Below are positions 10,089 to 19,235 of a stretch of DNA of 64,000 bases, in pieces (positions within the stretch are counted from its first letter, which is position 1; each line of letters starts with the position of its first letter). The notes beneath the pieces were generated by a model. The model did not search any database and was not told the DNA's origin. It saw only the letters and a program-made list of their open reading frames with translations. Where the stretch lies: positions 186,001 through 250,000 of the IMG/VR virus record IMGVR_UViG_3300042502_001233. The stretch is one strand, 5' to 3'. Made by a program: the position numbers and the translations under genes.

Positions 10089-11069
10089 ATGGAAAAAAAG
10101 AAAAAAGCTTTTATCACTGGGATTAACGGTCAAGATGGTTCATATTTGGCTGAATATTTATTATCCTTAGATTATGAAGTTCACGGTATAATCAGAAGAA
10201 ATTCAACTGTAGAATCACAACAAAGTAGATTCAGTGAAGAATTAAGACATAAAGTAAATATTCATTATGGTGACTTATTAGACCAAGGTGGTTTAGAAAA
10301 ATTGTTAGACCAAATACAACCAGATGAAATATATAACTTGGCGGCTCAAAGTCATGTTAGAATTAGTTTTGATATCCCACAATTTACAGTACAAACAAAC
10401 GCAATAGGTGTGTTAAACATATTAGAGGCATATAGACGCGCATGCCCAACAGCTAAATTCTATCAAGCAAGTTCTTCAGAAATGTTCGGTAACTCAGTAG
10501 ATGCTGATGGGTTCCAAAGAGAAACAACACAAATGACACCAGTTAGCCCTTATGGTTGTTCTAAGGTATTTGGATATAATATTACTAGAAACTATCGTAA
10601 TGCTTACAAATTACACACATGTAACGGAATTCTTTTCAACCATGAATCACCAAGAAGGGCCTCAAATTTTGTAACCAACAAAGTTGTTAAAACTGCTGTT
10701 GAAATTAAATTAGGTTTAGCGGATAAATTGGTACTAGGTAATATGGATTCGTATAGAGATTGGGGTCATTCAAAAGACTACGTTAGAGCCATGCATTTGA
10801 TTATTAACCATCACACTCCAGATGACTTTGTTGTATCTACAATGACAACGCATTCAGTTAGAGAAATGGTTGAATACGTATTTAAAAAATTAGATTTAGA
10901 TTACACACAATATGTTTCACAAGATTCTAAGTTTCTTAGAGCTGAAGAATTAAAATATTTAAAAGGTGATTCTACAAAAATTAGAGAAACATTAGGTTGG
11001 AAACCAGAATATACATTTGAAACCTTGATGGATGATATGATTAACGGTTGGTTAGAAAAATTAAAATAA
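10089..11069 (+). CDS. gmd: GDP-mannose 4,6-dehydratase
   Basis: FITGINGQDGSYLAEYLL, YNLAAQSHV, YQASSSEMFG, SPYGCSK and RDWGHSKDYV. Confidence 0.97.
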   Translation: MEKKKKAFITGINGQDGSYLAEYLLSLDYEVHGIIRRNSTVESQQSRFSEELRHKVNIHYGDLLDQGGLEKLLDQIQPDEIYNLAAQSHVRISFDIPQFTVQTNAIGVLNILEAYRRACPTAKFYQASSSEMFGNSVDADGFQRETTQMTPVSPYGCSKVFGYNITRNYRNAYKLHTCNGILFNHESPRRASNFVTNKVVKTAVEIKLGLADKLVLGNMDSYRDWGHSKDYVRAMHLIINHHTPDDFVVSTMTTHSVREMVEYVFKKLDLDYTQYVSQDSKFLRAEELKYLKGDSTKIRETLGWKPEYTFETLMDDMINGWLEKLK

Positions 11070-11075
11070 AATAAT

Positions 11076-11112
11076 TATAAATATCCTAGTGTTTGCATTA
11101 GGATATTTATAT
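11076..11112. terminator. Long hairpin (terminator-like) whose 3' arm contains the ATATTTAT motif upstream of phoH
   Basis: TATAAATATCCTAGTG-TTTG-CATTAGGATATTTATA inverted repeat. Confidence 0.55.
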
Positions 11113-11135
11113 TTATAGTATAATCCATTAAATTT

Positions 11136-11996
11136 ATGACTAGAAAAGCTACAACAGTTCCAAAAAGTGGTACCACAAAAACTACTAGAGCTAAAAAATC
11201 AGTTTTACCAAAAGAATCGACAATTAACCTTAAACAAGATTTATTGTCTCAAATCAAAATAGATTTGAAACATAAAAACGAAACTCAAAAAAAGCTAACT
11301 AATTCTATTAAAAATGGCGACGTAACCGTATGTATCGGCCCAGCTGGTACGGGTAAAACTCTTCTTAGTGTTGCTGAAGCTTTATTGTTGCTAAAAACAC
11401 ACCCAGACAAATATCATGACATAAAATTGGTTAAGTCTATAGTCCAACTTAAAGATGAAGACCTAGGTACTTTGCCAGGTGATGAAAAAGATAAACTTAA
11501 ATTCATCATGATGTCTTTCCTTGATGCTTTCTACCAATTAATCGGTGAAGAACTTACAGATAAACTTATAGAGGTTGGGTATATTAAAATGGAAGTTTTT
11601 GGTTCTGTTAGAGGTAGGTCAATCCCAAATTGTATTCTATTGTTTGATGAATTTCAAAACGTAAACGACGGTAACGCAAAAACACTTCTTACAAGATTTT
11701 CTGAAAACACCAAAGTTGTAATCTTAGGTGATACAAATCAAGTAGACCTTAAAAAGAAAGAAGATAGTTCATTGGGTGAGTTGGTTAAAATGATTAAAAT
11801 GTTACCAGATGAAATGGGTGTTAGTGTTATTGAATTTAACGAAAACGAAATTGTTAGACACAGACTGACAAAGTTCTTTGTAAAACTTTTTGAACACCCA
11901 GAATATAAAAAACAAAACAAACCAAATAACCTAAATATTCGAGTGGTCACCAAAAAGAAAACTTTATTAGAAAAACTTTTAGATTTATTTAGATAA
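11136..11996 (+). CDS. phoH: PhoH-like ATPase
   Basis: GPAGTGKT, LGTLPG, RGRS, DEFQN, LLTR and GDTNQVD; IVRH near the C terminus. Confidence 0.9.
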   Translation: MTRKATTVPKSGTTKTTRAKKSVLPKESTINLKQDLLSQIKIDLKHKNETQKKLTNSIKNGDVTVCIGPAGTGKTLLSVAEALLLLKTHPDKYHDIKLVKSIVQLKDEDLGTLPGDEKDKLKFIMMSFLDAFYQLIGEELTDKLIEVGYIKMEVFGSVRGRSIPNCILLFDEFQNVNDGNAKTLLTRFSENTKVVILGDTNQVDLKKKEDSSLGELVKMIKMLPDEMGVSVIEFNENEIVRHRLTKFFVKLFEHPEYKKQNKPNNLNIRVVTKKKTLLEKLLDLFR

Positions 11997-12045
11997 ATTG
12001 TGATTTTTGCTTTACTTATCAATTTTTAATCAGTAAATTGGTTAT

Positions 12046-12675
12046 ATGAAAATAGGAATAAGCATAAATGAGGTTTTAAGGGATTTTATTGGACAGTTCA
12101 TCTACACCTATGACAAGTATATTGTTCCAGAGCTAGAAGCTAATGGGGTAACAGTACCAGACTTAGAGATAGAAGATGTAACCAGTTTCAATTTAATGGA
12201 CCATTTTGAATTTAAAGACATCAACAGATTCAATACGTTTCTATATTTAGAAGCACCTCTAGAAATTTTTGGTCATGCCGACCTGATGTCAGATGGTTTA
12301 ATGAACCATTTTAATAACTTTTTAGTTAACATTAAAGACGACGAAGAACACGAAGTATTTTTGGTTAGTCGTGAAGTTGATAAAAGTATCCCATCTACTT
12401 ATTTTTTCCTTTCTAAAACTGGTTGTAAAGCCGATAAAATACAGTTCTGTTCTAATAATGAAAATGAATGGGATGGAATTGACGTTTTGGTAACTGCTAA
12501 CGTAATAGCTTTGGAAAACAAACCACAGGGTAAAATCAGTATTAAAGTTAAATCACCTTACAATAAAGATGTAAAAGCTGATTACGAAATTGACACACTT
12601 TTAGATTTTATAAATGATGAAGAATTCAGAAATAGAATTTTAAATACAATAATAACAACTTACGAAGAAATTTAA
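12046..12675 (+). CDS. HAD-like 5'(3')-deoxyribonucleotidase-fold protein with a degenerate catalytic motif
   Basis: MKIGISINEVLRDF resembles the IGIDxDEVL motif but lacks the aspartates; PYNKD near the C terminus. Confidence 0.45.
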   Translation: MKIGISINEVLRDFIGQFIYTYDKYIVPELEANGVTVPDLEIEDVTSFNLMDHFEFKDINRFNTFLYLEAPLEIFGHADLMSDGLMNHFNNFLVNIKDDEEHEVFLVSREVDKSIPSTYFFLSKTGCKADKIQFCSNNENEWDGIDVLVTANVIALENKPQGKISIKVKSPYNKDVKADYEIDTLLDFINDEEFRNRILNTIITTYEEI

Positions 12676-12680
12676 AAATT

Positions 12681-13034
12681 ATGATTGATTTTGGCGGAGC
12701 GATTTATTATCTAGATATTGATAGATTTACAGAACTTATCAAAATGGATGACAAACAAGATGACAAAGTTTACGAAACGGTTATCAAAAATTTTAAAGAT
12801 GAAAAAGGAAAACTTCTTACTACTGAAGAATTAACAACATGTAGAGAAAGAGACGTTTTCATCAATACTAACAAATATGAAATGTTCAGATTAATGATAG
12901 AAATTATCTTAGATGACATTGAAGAAGCTGACGATTCGTTAGGTTCAGAAAGAGCTTTATCAAAAGCTTTATTCTCTTACAAATTAGCATTTAATACTCT
13001 ACTACATTACGGAATATTAGTAGAAGTTGAATAA
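12681..13034 (+). CDS. Hypothetical protein
   Basis: 117-aa ORF in operon context. Confidence 0.65.
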   Translation: MIDFGGAIYYLDIDRFTELIKMDDKQDDKVYETVIKNFKDEKGKLLTTEELTTCRERDVFINTNKYEMFRLMIEIILDDIEEADDSLGSERALSKALFSYKLAFNTLLHYGILVEVE

Positions 13035-13056
13035 TAAAATTAAAATAAAAAAACAA

Positions 13057-14205
13057 ATGGAAGAACAAAAAAAACAAATGGATGAACAAATCAATCAATT
13101 AAAATCTGTGATTGATAAATTAGAAACAAAAGATTTTAGTTTGTATTTTTTCACATTGGATACAAAAGGTAACCCTACTGCTGGAATAGCCAACATCTAC
13201 GAACACGTTAAAGTGTTGAACGAATTAGGTTATAAAGCCGCTATCCTTCATGAAAAAAACGATTATAAACTTAGAGGTGATGAAAACGGTAACGGAGTTG
13301 CTGATTGGTTAGGTGAAGAATACGCACAATTACCACACATTTCTATTGAAGGACAAGAATTACAAATTAGCCCAGCTGATTTTATTATCATCCCTGAGAT
13401 TTTCTCAAACATCATGGACCAAGTTAAAGGTTTTCCATGTAAAAAAATCGTATTGTCACAAAGTTACGATTACTTATTAGAATTACTACCTGTTGGTAAA
13501 AGATGGGATATGGATTATGGTTTTATTGATGTGATAACAACTTCTGAAAAACAATCACAATACGTTAAATCATTATTTCCATCTATTAGAACACACGTTG
13601 TTCCAGTATCAATTCCAACATATTTCAAAGATAGTGATAAACCTAAAAAACCTATCGTTGCTGTTCACACTAGAAACCAAGGTGATGCGGCTAAATTAGC
13701 AAAATCATTCTACCTTCAATTTCCAATTTACAAATGGGTTACATTTAAAGAATTAAGAGGGTTGAGTAGAGAAAAATTTGCGGCTCAATTAAGTGAATCA
13801 TGTGTTGCTGTTTGGATTGATGATGTGGCTGGTTTTGGTACTTTTCCGTTGGAAGCCATTGAATGTAACACTCCAGTAATCGGAAAAATGCCTAACATGA
13901 TTCCAGAATGGATGGAGGCTATTGATGAAGAAGGAAACTCATATATTAAGAACAATGGTGTTTGGACAAACACTACACTTAACATTCCAGAACTAATCGC
14001 AACTTATATGAAAGTTTGGTTAGAAGATGCCGTACCACAAGATTTATTGGATAGTATTAAAGATAGTCAAGGTAAATATACACCTGAAAACCAAAAAACA
14101 ACAATGGAAAGTGTTTACGAAAATTTAGTTTATACAAGAACTAACGAACTTAAAATAACTTTAGAGAAATTAGAAGAATCTCTATTAGAAACAACTAACG
14201 CATAA
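13057..14205 (+). CDS. GT4-like glycosyltransferase
   Basis: ATG at 13057 preferred. AGIANIYEHV, DFIIIPE and FGTFPLEAIECNTPVIG (EGFGLP.LEA-like). Confidence 0.6.
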   Translation: MEEQKKQMDEQINQLKSVIDKLETKDFSLYFFTLDTKGNPTAGIANIYEHVKVLNELGYKAAILHEKNDYKLRGDENGNGVADWLGEEYAQLPHISIEGQELQISPADFIIIPEIFSNIMDQVKGFPCKKIVLSQSYDYLLELLPVGKRWDMDYGFIDVITTSEKQSQYVKSLFPSIRTHVVPVSIPTYFKDSDKPKKPIVAVHTRNQGDAAKLAKSFYLQFPIYKWVTFKELRGLSREKFAAQLSESCVAVWIDDVAGFGTFPLEAIECNTPVIGKMPNMIPEWMEAIDEEGNSYIKNNGVWTNTTLNIPELIATYMKVWLEDAVPQDLLDSIKDSQGKYTPENQKTTMESVYENLVYTRTNELKITLEKLEESLLETTNA

Positions 14206-14210
14206 TACAA

Positions 14211-14258
14211 ATGAAAGAAATAAATAATATCTCTGTCATTCTTCCAAATAAAAAATAA
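14211..14258 (+). pseudogene. Orphaned 5' fragment of the GT2 gene (MKEINNISVILPNKK*)
   Basis: The mini-ORF matches the N terminus of the downstream GT2 gene (NISVIIP) and sits just upstream of the endonuclease gene. Confidence 0.6.
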
Positions 14259-14307
14259 GAATTCTGTCTTTTTACCGAAAATAAGATATTTATTATGAAA
14301 GAAAAAT

Positions 14308-15147
14308 ATGGTAATATATAAGACAACAAATTTAGTAAACGGTAAATTTTATATAGGTAAAGATGAAAACAATAACAATAACAATAAATATTTAGGTTCT
14401 GGTAAAATACTTAAATTAGCTTTTGAAAAATATGGAAAAGAAAATTTTAAAAAAGAAATTATTGAATCATGTATCTCAAAAGTCGAATTGGAGGAAAGAG
14501 AAAAATATTGGATTGACAAATTATCAGCAACAACTCTTGGTTATAATATAACTGAAGGTGGTACTGGGGGTCAAACAAAATTTAAAACAATTTATCAATA
14601 TGGTAAAAATGGTGATTTATTAAAAAAATGGGATTCTTCTTCCTTAGTTGAAAAAAAATTAGGTATTGATTCATCAGCAATATTAAAAAATTGTAAAGGT
14701 GTTTTAAAAAGTGCTGGTGGTTACATATGGTCATACGAATCTAATGGGGTAGATAAATACAATGATAATAAATCAATTAGTATTTTACAATATGATATGA
14801 ATGGTGATTTTATCGAATCTTGGGTTTCAATGAGTAAAGCTGAGAAAAATTTAGGGTTAACCAGAGGTAATATTTATAAAGTTATTGACGATAATTCAAA
14901 AACTTCTGGTGGTTATTATTGGGCGTCGAATAAAGGTATAATAGAACAAAAAATAAAAATAAAGTACCCATATAAAACATCTATAGAAGTTTTACAGTGT
15001 GATGTTAATGGGAATATTGTTAAAACATGGAAATCAATAAATGAAGCTGCTAAAGGATTAAAATATTCAGCATCTAGCATTTTATCAGCAATTAAAAATT
15101 TTAAACAATATAAAAACCATTATTGGTATAATAAAAATAATATATAA
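14308..15147 (+). CDS. Free-standing GIY-YIG homing endonuclease with NUMOD1-like repeats
   Basis: VIYKTTNLVNGKFYIGK...YLGSG...YNITEGGTGG, plus three IxQY(D)xxG...W.S repeats. Confidence 0.9.
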   Translation: MVIYKTTNLVNGKFYIGKDENNNNNNKYLGSGKILKLAFEKYGKENFKKEIIESCISKVELEEREKYWIDKLSATTLGYNITEGGTGGQTKFKTIYQYGKNGDLLKKWDSSSLVEKKLGIDSSAILKNCKGVLKSAGGYIWSYESNGVDKYNDNKSISILQYDMNGDFIESWVSMSKAEKNLGLTRGNIYKVIDDNSKTSGGYYWASNKGIIEQKIKIKYPYKTSIEVLQCDVNGNIVKTWKSINEAAKGLKYSASSILSAIKNFKQYKNHYWYNKNNI

Positions 15148-15158
15148 AAAAATTAAAA

Positions 15159-15971
15159 ATGAAAACAAATAAAAAAAATGATAGTAACATAAGCGTTATA
15201 ATCCCAATACACGAATTGGATGACATTACAAAACAATTATTTGCAAACGCTGTTAAAAGTGTTACAGACCAAACAGTTAGACCTGATAGCTTAATCATCG
15301 TAGTACCTAAAGGTAGTGACGTTGTTAAATATGTGAAAGAGTTTGATTATGATAATTACTCAAATTCAGTTACCGTTGTTGAAAATGACGGTGAAACAGA
15401 TTTTTGTTCACAAGTTAATTACGGTGTATCTCAATGTAAAACTGAATGGTTTAGTATTTTAGAATACGATGACGAATACGCTAAGATTTGGTTTAAAAAC
15501 GTTGTAGAATATAAAAACGCGCATACAAACGTTGACTTATTCTTACCAATCATCGTGGACGTTGACGCTAAAGGTTCTTTTGTTGGTTTAACAAACGAAG
15601 CAGTTTGGGCCAACAGTTTTTCAGATGAATTAGGTATTTTAGATAACAACGCGTTGTTAACATATCAAAATTTCAATACTGATGGGATGGTAATTAGAAA
15701 ATCGACCTATGAAGATTTAGGTGGGTTTAAAAGTAATATAAAATTAACATTCGTTTATGAATTTTTACTACGTATGACATTTAAAGATGTTAGAGTTATG
15801 GTTGTACCTAAATTTGGTTACAAACACGTAAACCAAAGAGAAGGTTCTCTATTCTCTTCATACAAACAAACTATCGACCCAGTTGAAGCTAGATATTGGT
15901 TATCAGCAGCTAAAAAGGAATACTATTTTGCAAATGATAGAAAAATAACATACGAAGTTCAAAATGGATAA
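15159..15971 (+). CDS. GT2 family glycosyltransferase
   Basis: ISVIIPIH, KSVTDQT and ILEYDD. Confidence 0.75.
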   Translation: MKTNKKNDSNISVIIPIHELDDITKQLFANAVKSVTDQTVRPDSLIIVVPKGSDVVKYVKEFDYDNYSNSVTVVENDGETDFCSQVNYGVSQCKTEWFSILEYDDEYAKIWFKNVVEYKNAHTNVDLFLPIIVDVDAKGSFVGLTNEAVWANSFSDELGILDNNALLTYQNFNTDGMVIRKSTYEDLGGFKSNIKLTFVYEFLLRMTFKDVRVMVVPKFGYKHVNQREGSLFSSYKQTIDPVEARYWLSAAKKEYYFANDRKITYEVQNG

Positions 15972-16700
15972 ATGGCTACGAAACGAGGACGCAAAAGAAC
16001 AAACGAAATGTATTTTGGTCCAGAAGAAGAAGAAGCTGTTGTAAAATTTTTAGAGTCAACTGACGAATCAGAAAGAAACATCATATTCAACGAGTGGCTT
16101 AAAGCCCCGTTGGATAAGATGATTGAATCAATTATAAGAAGGTACAAATTATATAGAAAGGGTGAAACTTTTGAAGAACTTCATAGTGACACCGTTTCTT
16201 TTTTAATGACAAAGGTTCATAGGTTTGAAGCTGGACGAGGTAAAAAAGCTTATTCATATTTTGGAACCATTAGTAAAAACTATATCTTAGGTTTACTCAT
16301 CAAAGATGAGAAATATCTTAGACAAACTTCATCATATGAAGACATGGCTAATGAATTTGAAGAAAGAGAAGATTTAACGTATGTTATTGATAACGATGGA
16401 TTTGTTATGGATGATTTTATTGTAAAACTAATCGAAGGTATAAAAGAAGAGATGAATGATGAAGATTTACCACCCAAAAAGAAATTAAATGACAACGAGA
16501 AAAAAGTTGGTTTTGCTCTGATTTATATTTTAGAAAATTGGGAAACAGCTTTTGAAACTATGGAAGGTGGGTCAAAATACAATAAAAACTCTGTTTTGGA
16601 AACTATGAGAAACTATACTTTACTATCAACCAAAGATATACGTATAGCTATGAAAAGGTATAAAGACTTGTATGAATTGCTTACAAAACACGGTTTGTAG
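15972..16700 (+). CDS. Phage sigma factor, gp55/sigma70 region-2-like
   Basis: EELHSDTVSFLMTKVHRFEAGRGKKAYSYFGTISKNYIL parallels sigma region 2.2-2.4 (DL.Q....L..A...FD..RG..F.TYA). Confidence 0.6.
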   Translation: MATKRGRKRTNEMYFGPEEEEAVVKFLESTDESERNIIFNEWLKAPLDKMIESIIRRYKLYRKGETFEELHSDTVSFLMTKVHRFEAGRGKKAYSYFGTISKNYILGLLIKDEKYLRQTSSYEDMANEFEEREDLTYVIDNDGFVMDDFIVKLIEGIKEEMNDEDLPPKKKLNDNEKKVGFALIYILENWETAFETMEGGSKYNKNSVLETMRNYTLLSTKDIRIAMKRYKDLYELLTKHGL

Positions 16701-16726
16701 ATATTTATATATAAAAACTAATTATC

Positions 16727-17116
16727 ATGCCTAGAAAAAGAAAACAAGACGTTAAAGTAAACAATACCGAATCATTAGAGGGTCTTATGCAAGAAACTTA
16801 TAACGATGCATGTTTACAAATAAATGATGCTCAAAGAACTATCAATGAGCTTACAGTTAGCGCAGCGCCAGACGGTGTTGATGATTTAACAAAAATAGCT
16901 AAAGAAAAAGGTGGTTTATTAAAAATCAAAGATTCTGCTATCAGAATTAAATTAGAATTGGCTAAACTACAAAGTGATATCATTAAAAATCGTGGAGATG
17001 TTGAAACCGCAGTTTCTGAAAGAAGCAATGGTTTAGCGTCTCTTAATGATTTTAAGTCTATTAGACAAATGATTAAAAACAGTAATAACCCAGAAGAGGA
17101 AGAAGAAACAGATTAA
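16727..17116 (+). CDS. Hypothetical coiled-coil protein
   Basis: 129-aa ORF preceded by ATATTTAT at 16701. Confidence 0.7.
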   Translation: MPRKRKQDVKVNNTESLEGLMQETYNDACLQINDAQRTINELTVSAAPDGVDDLTKIAKEKGGLLKIKDSAIRIKLELAKLQSDIIKNRGDVETAVSERSNGLASLNDFKSIRQMIKNSNNPEEEEETD

Positions 17117-17117
17117 T

Positions 17118-18545
17118 ATGTCATTAGTTGATAAAAAGAAAAAAGTTTTTGGTGAAATAGCTGCTGCTAGAACATTGACAGAAGGAATGCCTAAGTTCAA
17201 ACTTGATTCATCCTTTCCGTCGATTAATAATGGTTCTGACCCGATTGTTTTTTTGGTCGATTTAATTAAATCATTAATCGGTCAGTCAAATTTTGTTAAT
17301 AAAATTTCAAAAATGTTGGTGACAACACTTGACATTATTGAACAAAAATTAAAAATAGTTCTTAAAAAAACATTAAGAGGTATAGTTACTTGCGGTGTTG
17401 ACCCAAGCATACCAGCATTTATGAGGTCTGGTCCAAACACTACTGGCATTGTTATAGAACTTAGTAAAATAGATTTTTTTGAACAATTTAAAACAGACCC
17501 AACAACACCTATTGGTAAACTAATGTACAACGACGTAACACCAACATTGGTTACTAGTAGTGATATGAATACTTTTTTATATGGTGTTATTAGAGATGAA
17601 GGTACTACACGTACATGGCAGAATATTTTGGATTTTACATTTTATTCTATAGGTACAAATGGAAACCCAAACAATTGTCTAGTTATCAAATGCAACCAAA
17701 CATATGACAATAAAAAACTTAACCAATTAAATGATAATTTTATTGATTCTTTGGATTTGTTTGAAGCTAATAATATAATAAACAAAATTATCGATGCTTT
17801 ATTCGGTTCAATTTCTTTTAATTTGAACAAAACTAATAAACAACTTGAGATGGAAGCTCAAATAAATGACGTTATCGATAGGTTATCAAACGCTGATATT
17901 AATAAAGAAATAACTGATGATTATTTCGCGTTTTCAAATGAAGAGATTGCTCAACAACAATACTTAGCAAACGATAGGAAAAATGGTATTATTAGAGTTA
18001 AAACTAGTGTAGAAACTAAAGCCAATATGTCAATTAGTTATTTAGAAACATTGACCAATGATTTAAACGAACCTAGTATTACGTTAGTACAAAAAAGAGA
18101 CATTATAAATACTAGTCTAAATAACATGGCTGATAACCTAAGTAGTCAAATACCTAACAATCAAGATGGTCAAACTGTTAAAATTAGTTTTTTTAAAGAT
18201 TTAATAAAAAATTTAATAAAATCAATTACTAGTGTTTTATTATCACCAAAAATTATAATTATTTTTTTAATTAATTTTAAAATAATTTTCGGGGTTGCAT
18301 CAACATTTAAAGACCCTATTGATTTTATAAAGAAAAATAGAGCACTATTTAATGTTGTAACTAAAGAAATTACAAACATTATCGTTCAATACCTTATGAC
18401 TATCGCTATGAAAGAAATAAGTAAATTAGCTGGTAATGCAGCTGTTATTAAATCAAAAGAAAAGGTTGACAATAAAAAACAACAATTGATAAGCTTATTA
18501 GGGGTCTCACAAGACGCTATTAGAAAAATTAAAGGGTTAATATAA
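17118..18545 (+). CDS. Hypothetical protein (possible virion/baseplate component)
   Basis: 475-aa ORF in an operon with the gp5-like gene. Confidence 0.6.
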   Translation: MSLVDKKKKVFGEIAAARTLTEGMPKFKLDSSFPSINNGSDPIVFLVDLIKSLIGQSNFVNKISKMLVTTLDIIEQKLKIVLKKTLRGIVTCGVDPSIPAFMRSGPNTTGIVIELSKIDFFEQFKTDPTTPIGKLMYNDVTPTLVTSSDMNTFLYGVIRDEGTTRTWQNILDFTFYSIGTNGNPNNCLVIKCNQTYDNKKLNQLNDNFIDSLDLFEANNIINKIIDALFGSISFNLNKTNKQLEMEAQINDVIDRLSNADINKEITDDYFAFSNEEIAQQQYLANDRKNGIIRVKTSVETKANMSISYLETLTNDLNEPSITLVQKRDIINTSLNNMADNLSSQIPNNQDGQTVKISFFKDLIKNLIKSITSVLLSPKIIIIFLINFKIIFGVASTFKDPIDFIKKNRALFNVVTKEITNIIVQYLMTIAMKEISKLAGNAAVIKSKEKVDNKKQQLISLLGVSQDAIRKIKGLI

Positions 18546-19039
18546 TGAGTGGATTAAACAACTTAGCGGGTCAAGGTGGTAATACACTAAACCAAAGTAA
18601 AGAAAAATTTTCAGAACTTAAAAAAAATACTGAAAACGTGTTTGATTTTTCAAACATATCTGGAATTCTAAATACAATTTTATCTTTGTTTAAAATCCCA
18701 GATACACCTGTAGAACCACTACCACCACCACTTATTATGATAGGTGCACCACTAAGACCAGGAATGTCATCCAAAGCCGTAGCTTCTAGAATTATAAGTA
18801 GACAATCCGAAGCTGGCTTGCCAGTTGGTGATGTTTTTGCTGATGGAAATAATACTAGCGAAGCTATGTTAGCTATACAAATTGATGAGATTATAAATAC
18901 TTTGTTGACTGAATCAGTGGTTAACGTTGTTATACCACCTGGAATTGCGATAACAGCGGTAGGTGCTAACTTAGGTGGACCTATCGTAGTGCAAGGATTT
19001 ACAACAACTATGGGTATTGGTAATGGAATAATGAGATAA
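18545..19039 (+). CDS. Hypothetical protein (possible baseplate component)
   Basis: 164-aa ORF with a Gly-rich C terminus. Confidence 0.6.
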   Translation: MSGLNNLAGQGGNTLNQSKEKFSELKKNTENVFDFSNISGILNTILSLFKIPDTPVEPLPPPLIMIGAPLRPGMSSKAVASRIISRQSEAGLPVGDVFADGNNTSEAMLAIQIDEIINTLLTESVVNVVIPPGIAITAVGANLGGPIVVQGFTTTMGIGNGIMR

Positions 19040-19052
19040 TTAAAATAATATT

Positions 19053-19235
19053 ATGTACGAAGAATTAGAATCAAAATCAAATAATGAAATATTATTTCTT
19101 ATAAAACAATATGAAGCCGACCACGAAGCTATAAAACTTAAAATGTTGCAAGACTATGATAAACTAGTTGAAATTGAAAAAAGATTTGACGTAGCTAATA
19201 AACTAATAGTAAAAAGACTTAAAGGAGAACAATAA
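19053..19235 (+). CDS. Small coiled-coil hypothetical protein
   Basis: 60-aa ORF coupled to the next gene. Confidence 0.55.
   Translation: MYEELESKSNNEILFLIKQYEADHEAIKLKMLQDYDKLVEIEKRFDVANKLIVKRLKGEQ

Noticed and set aside
14368-14385. (AACAAT)3 microsatellite giving poly-Asn in the GIY-YIG gene
   Set aside because: It is in frame and in a loop, so it is unlikely to act as a phase-variation switch.
16727-17116. Possible small terminase subunit
   Set aside because: The size and coiled-coil character fit, but there is no recognisable gp16 motif and it is not next to terL.
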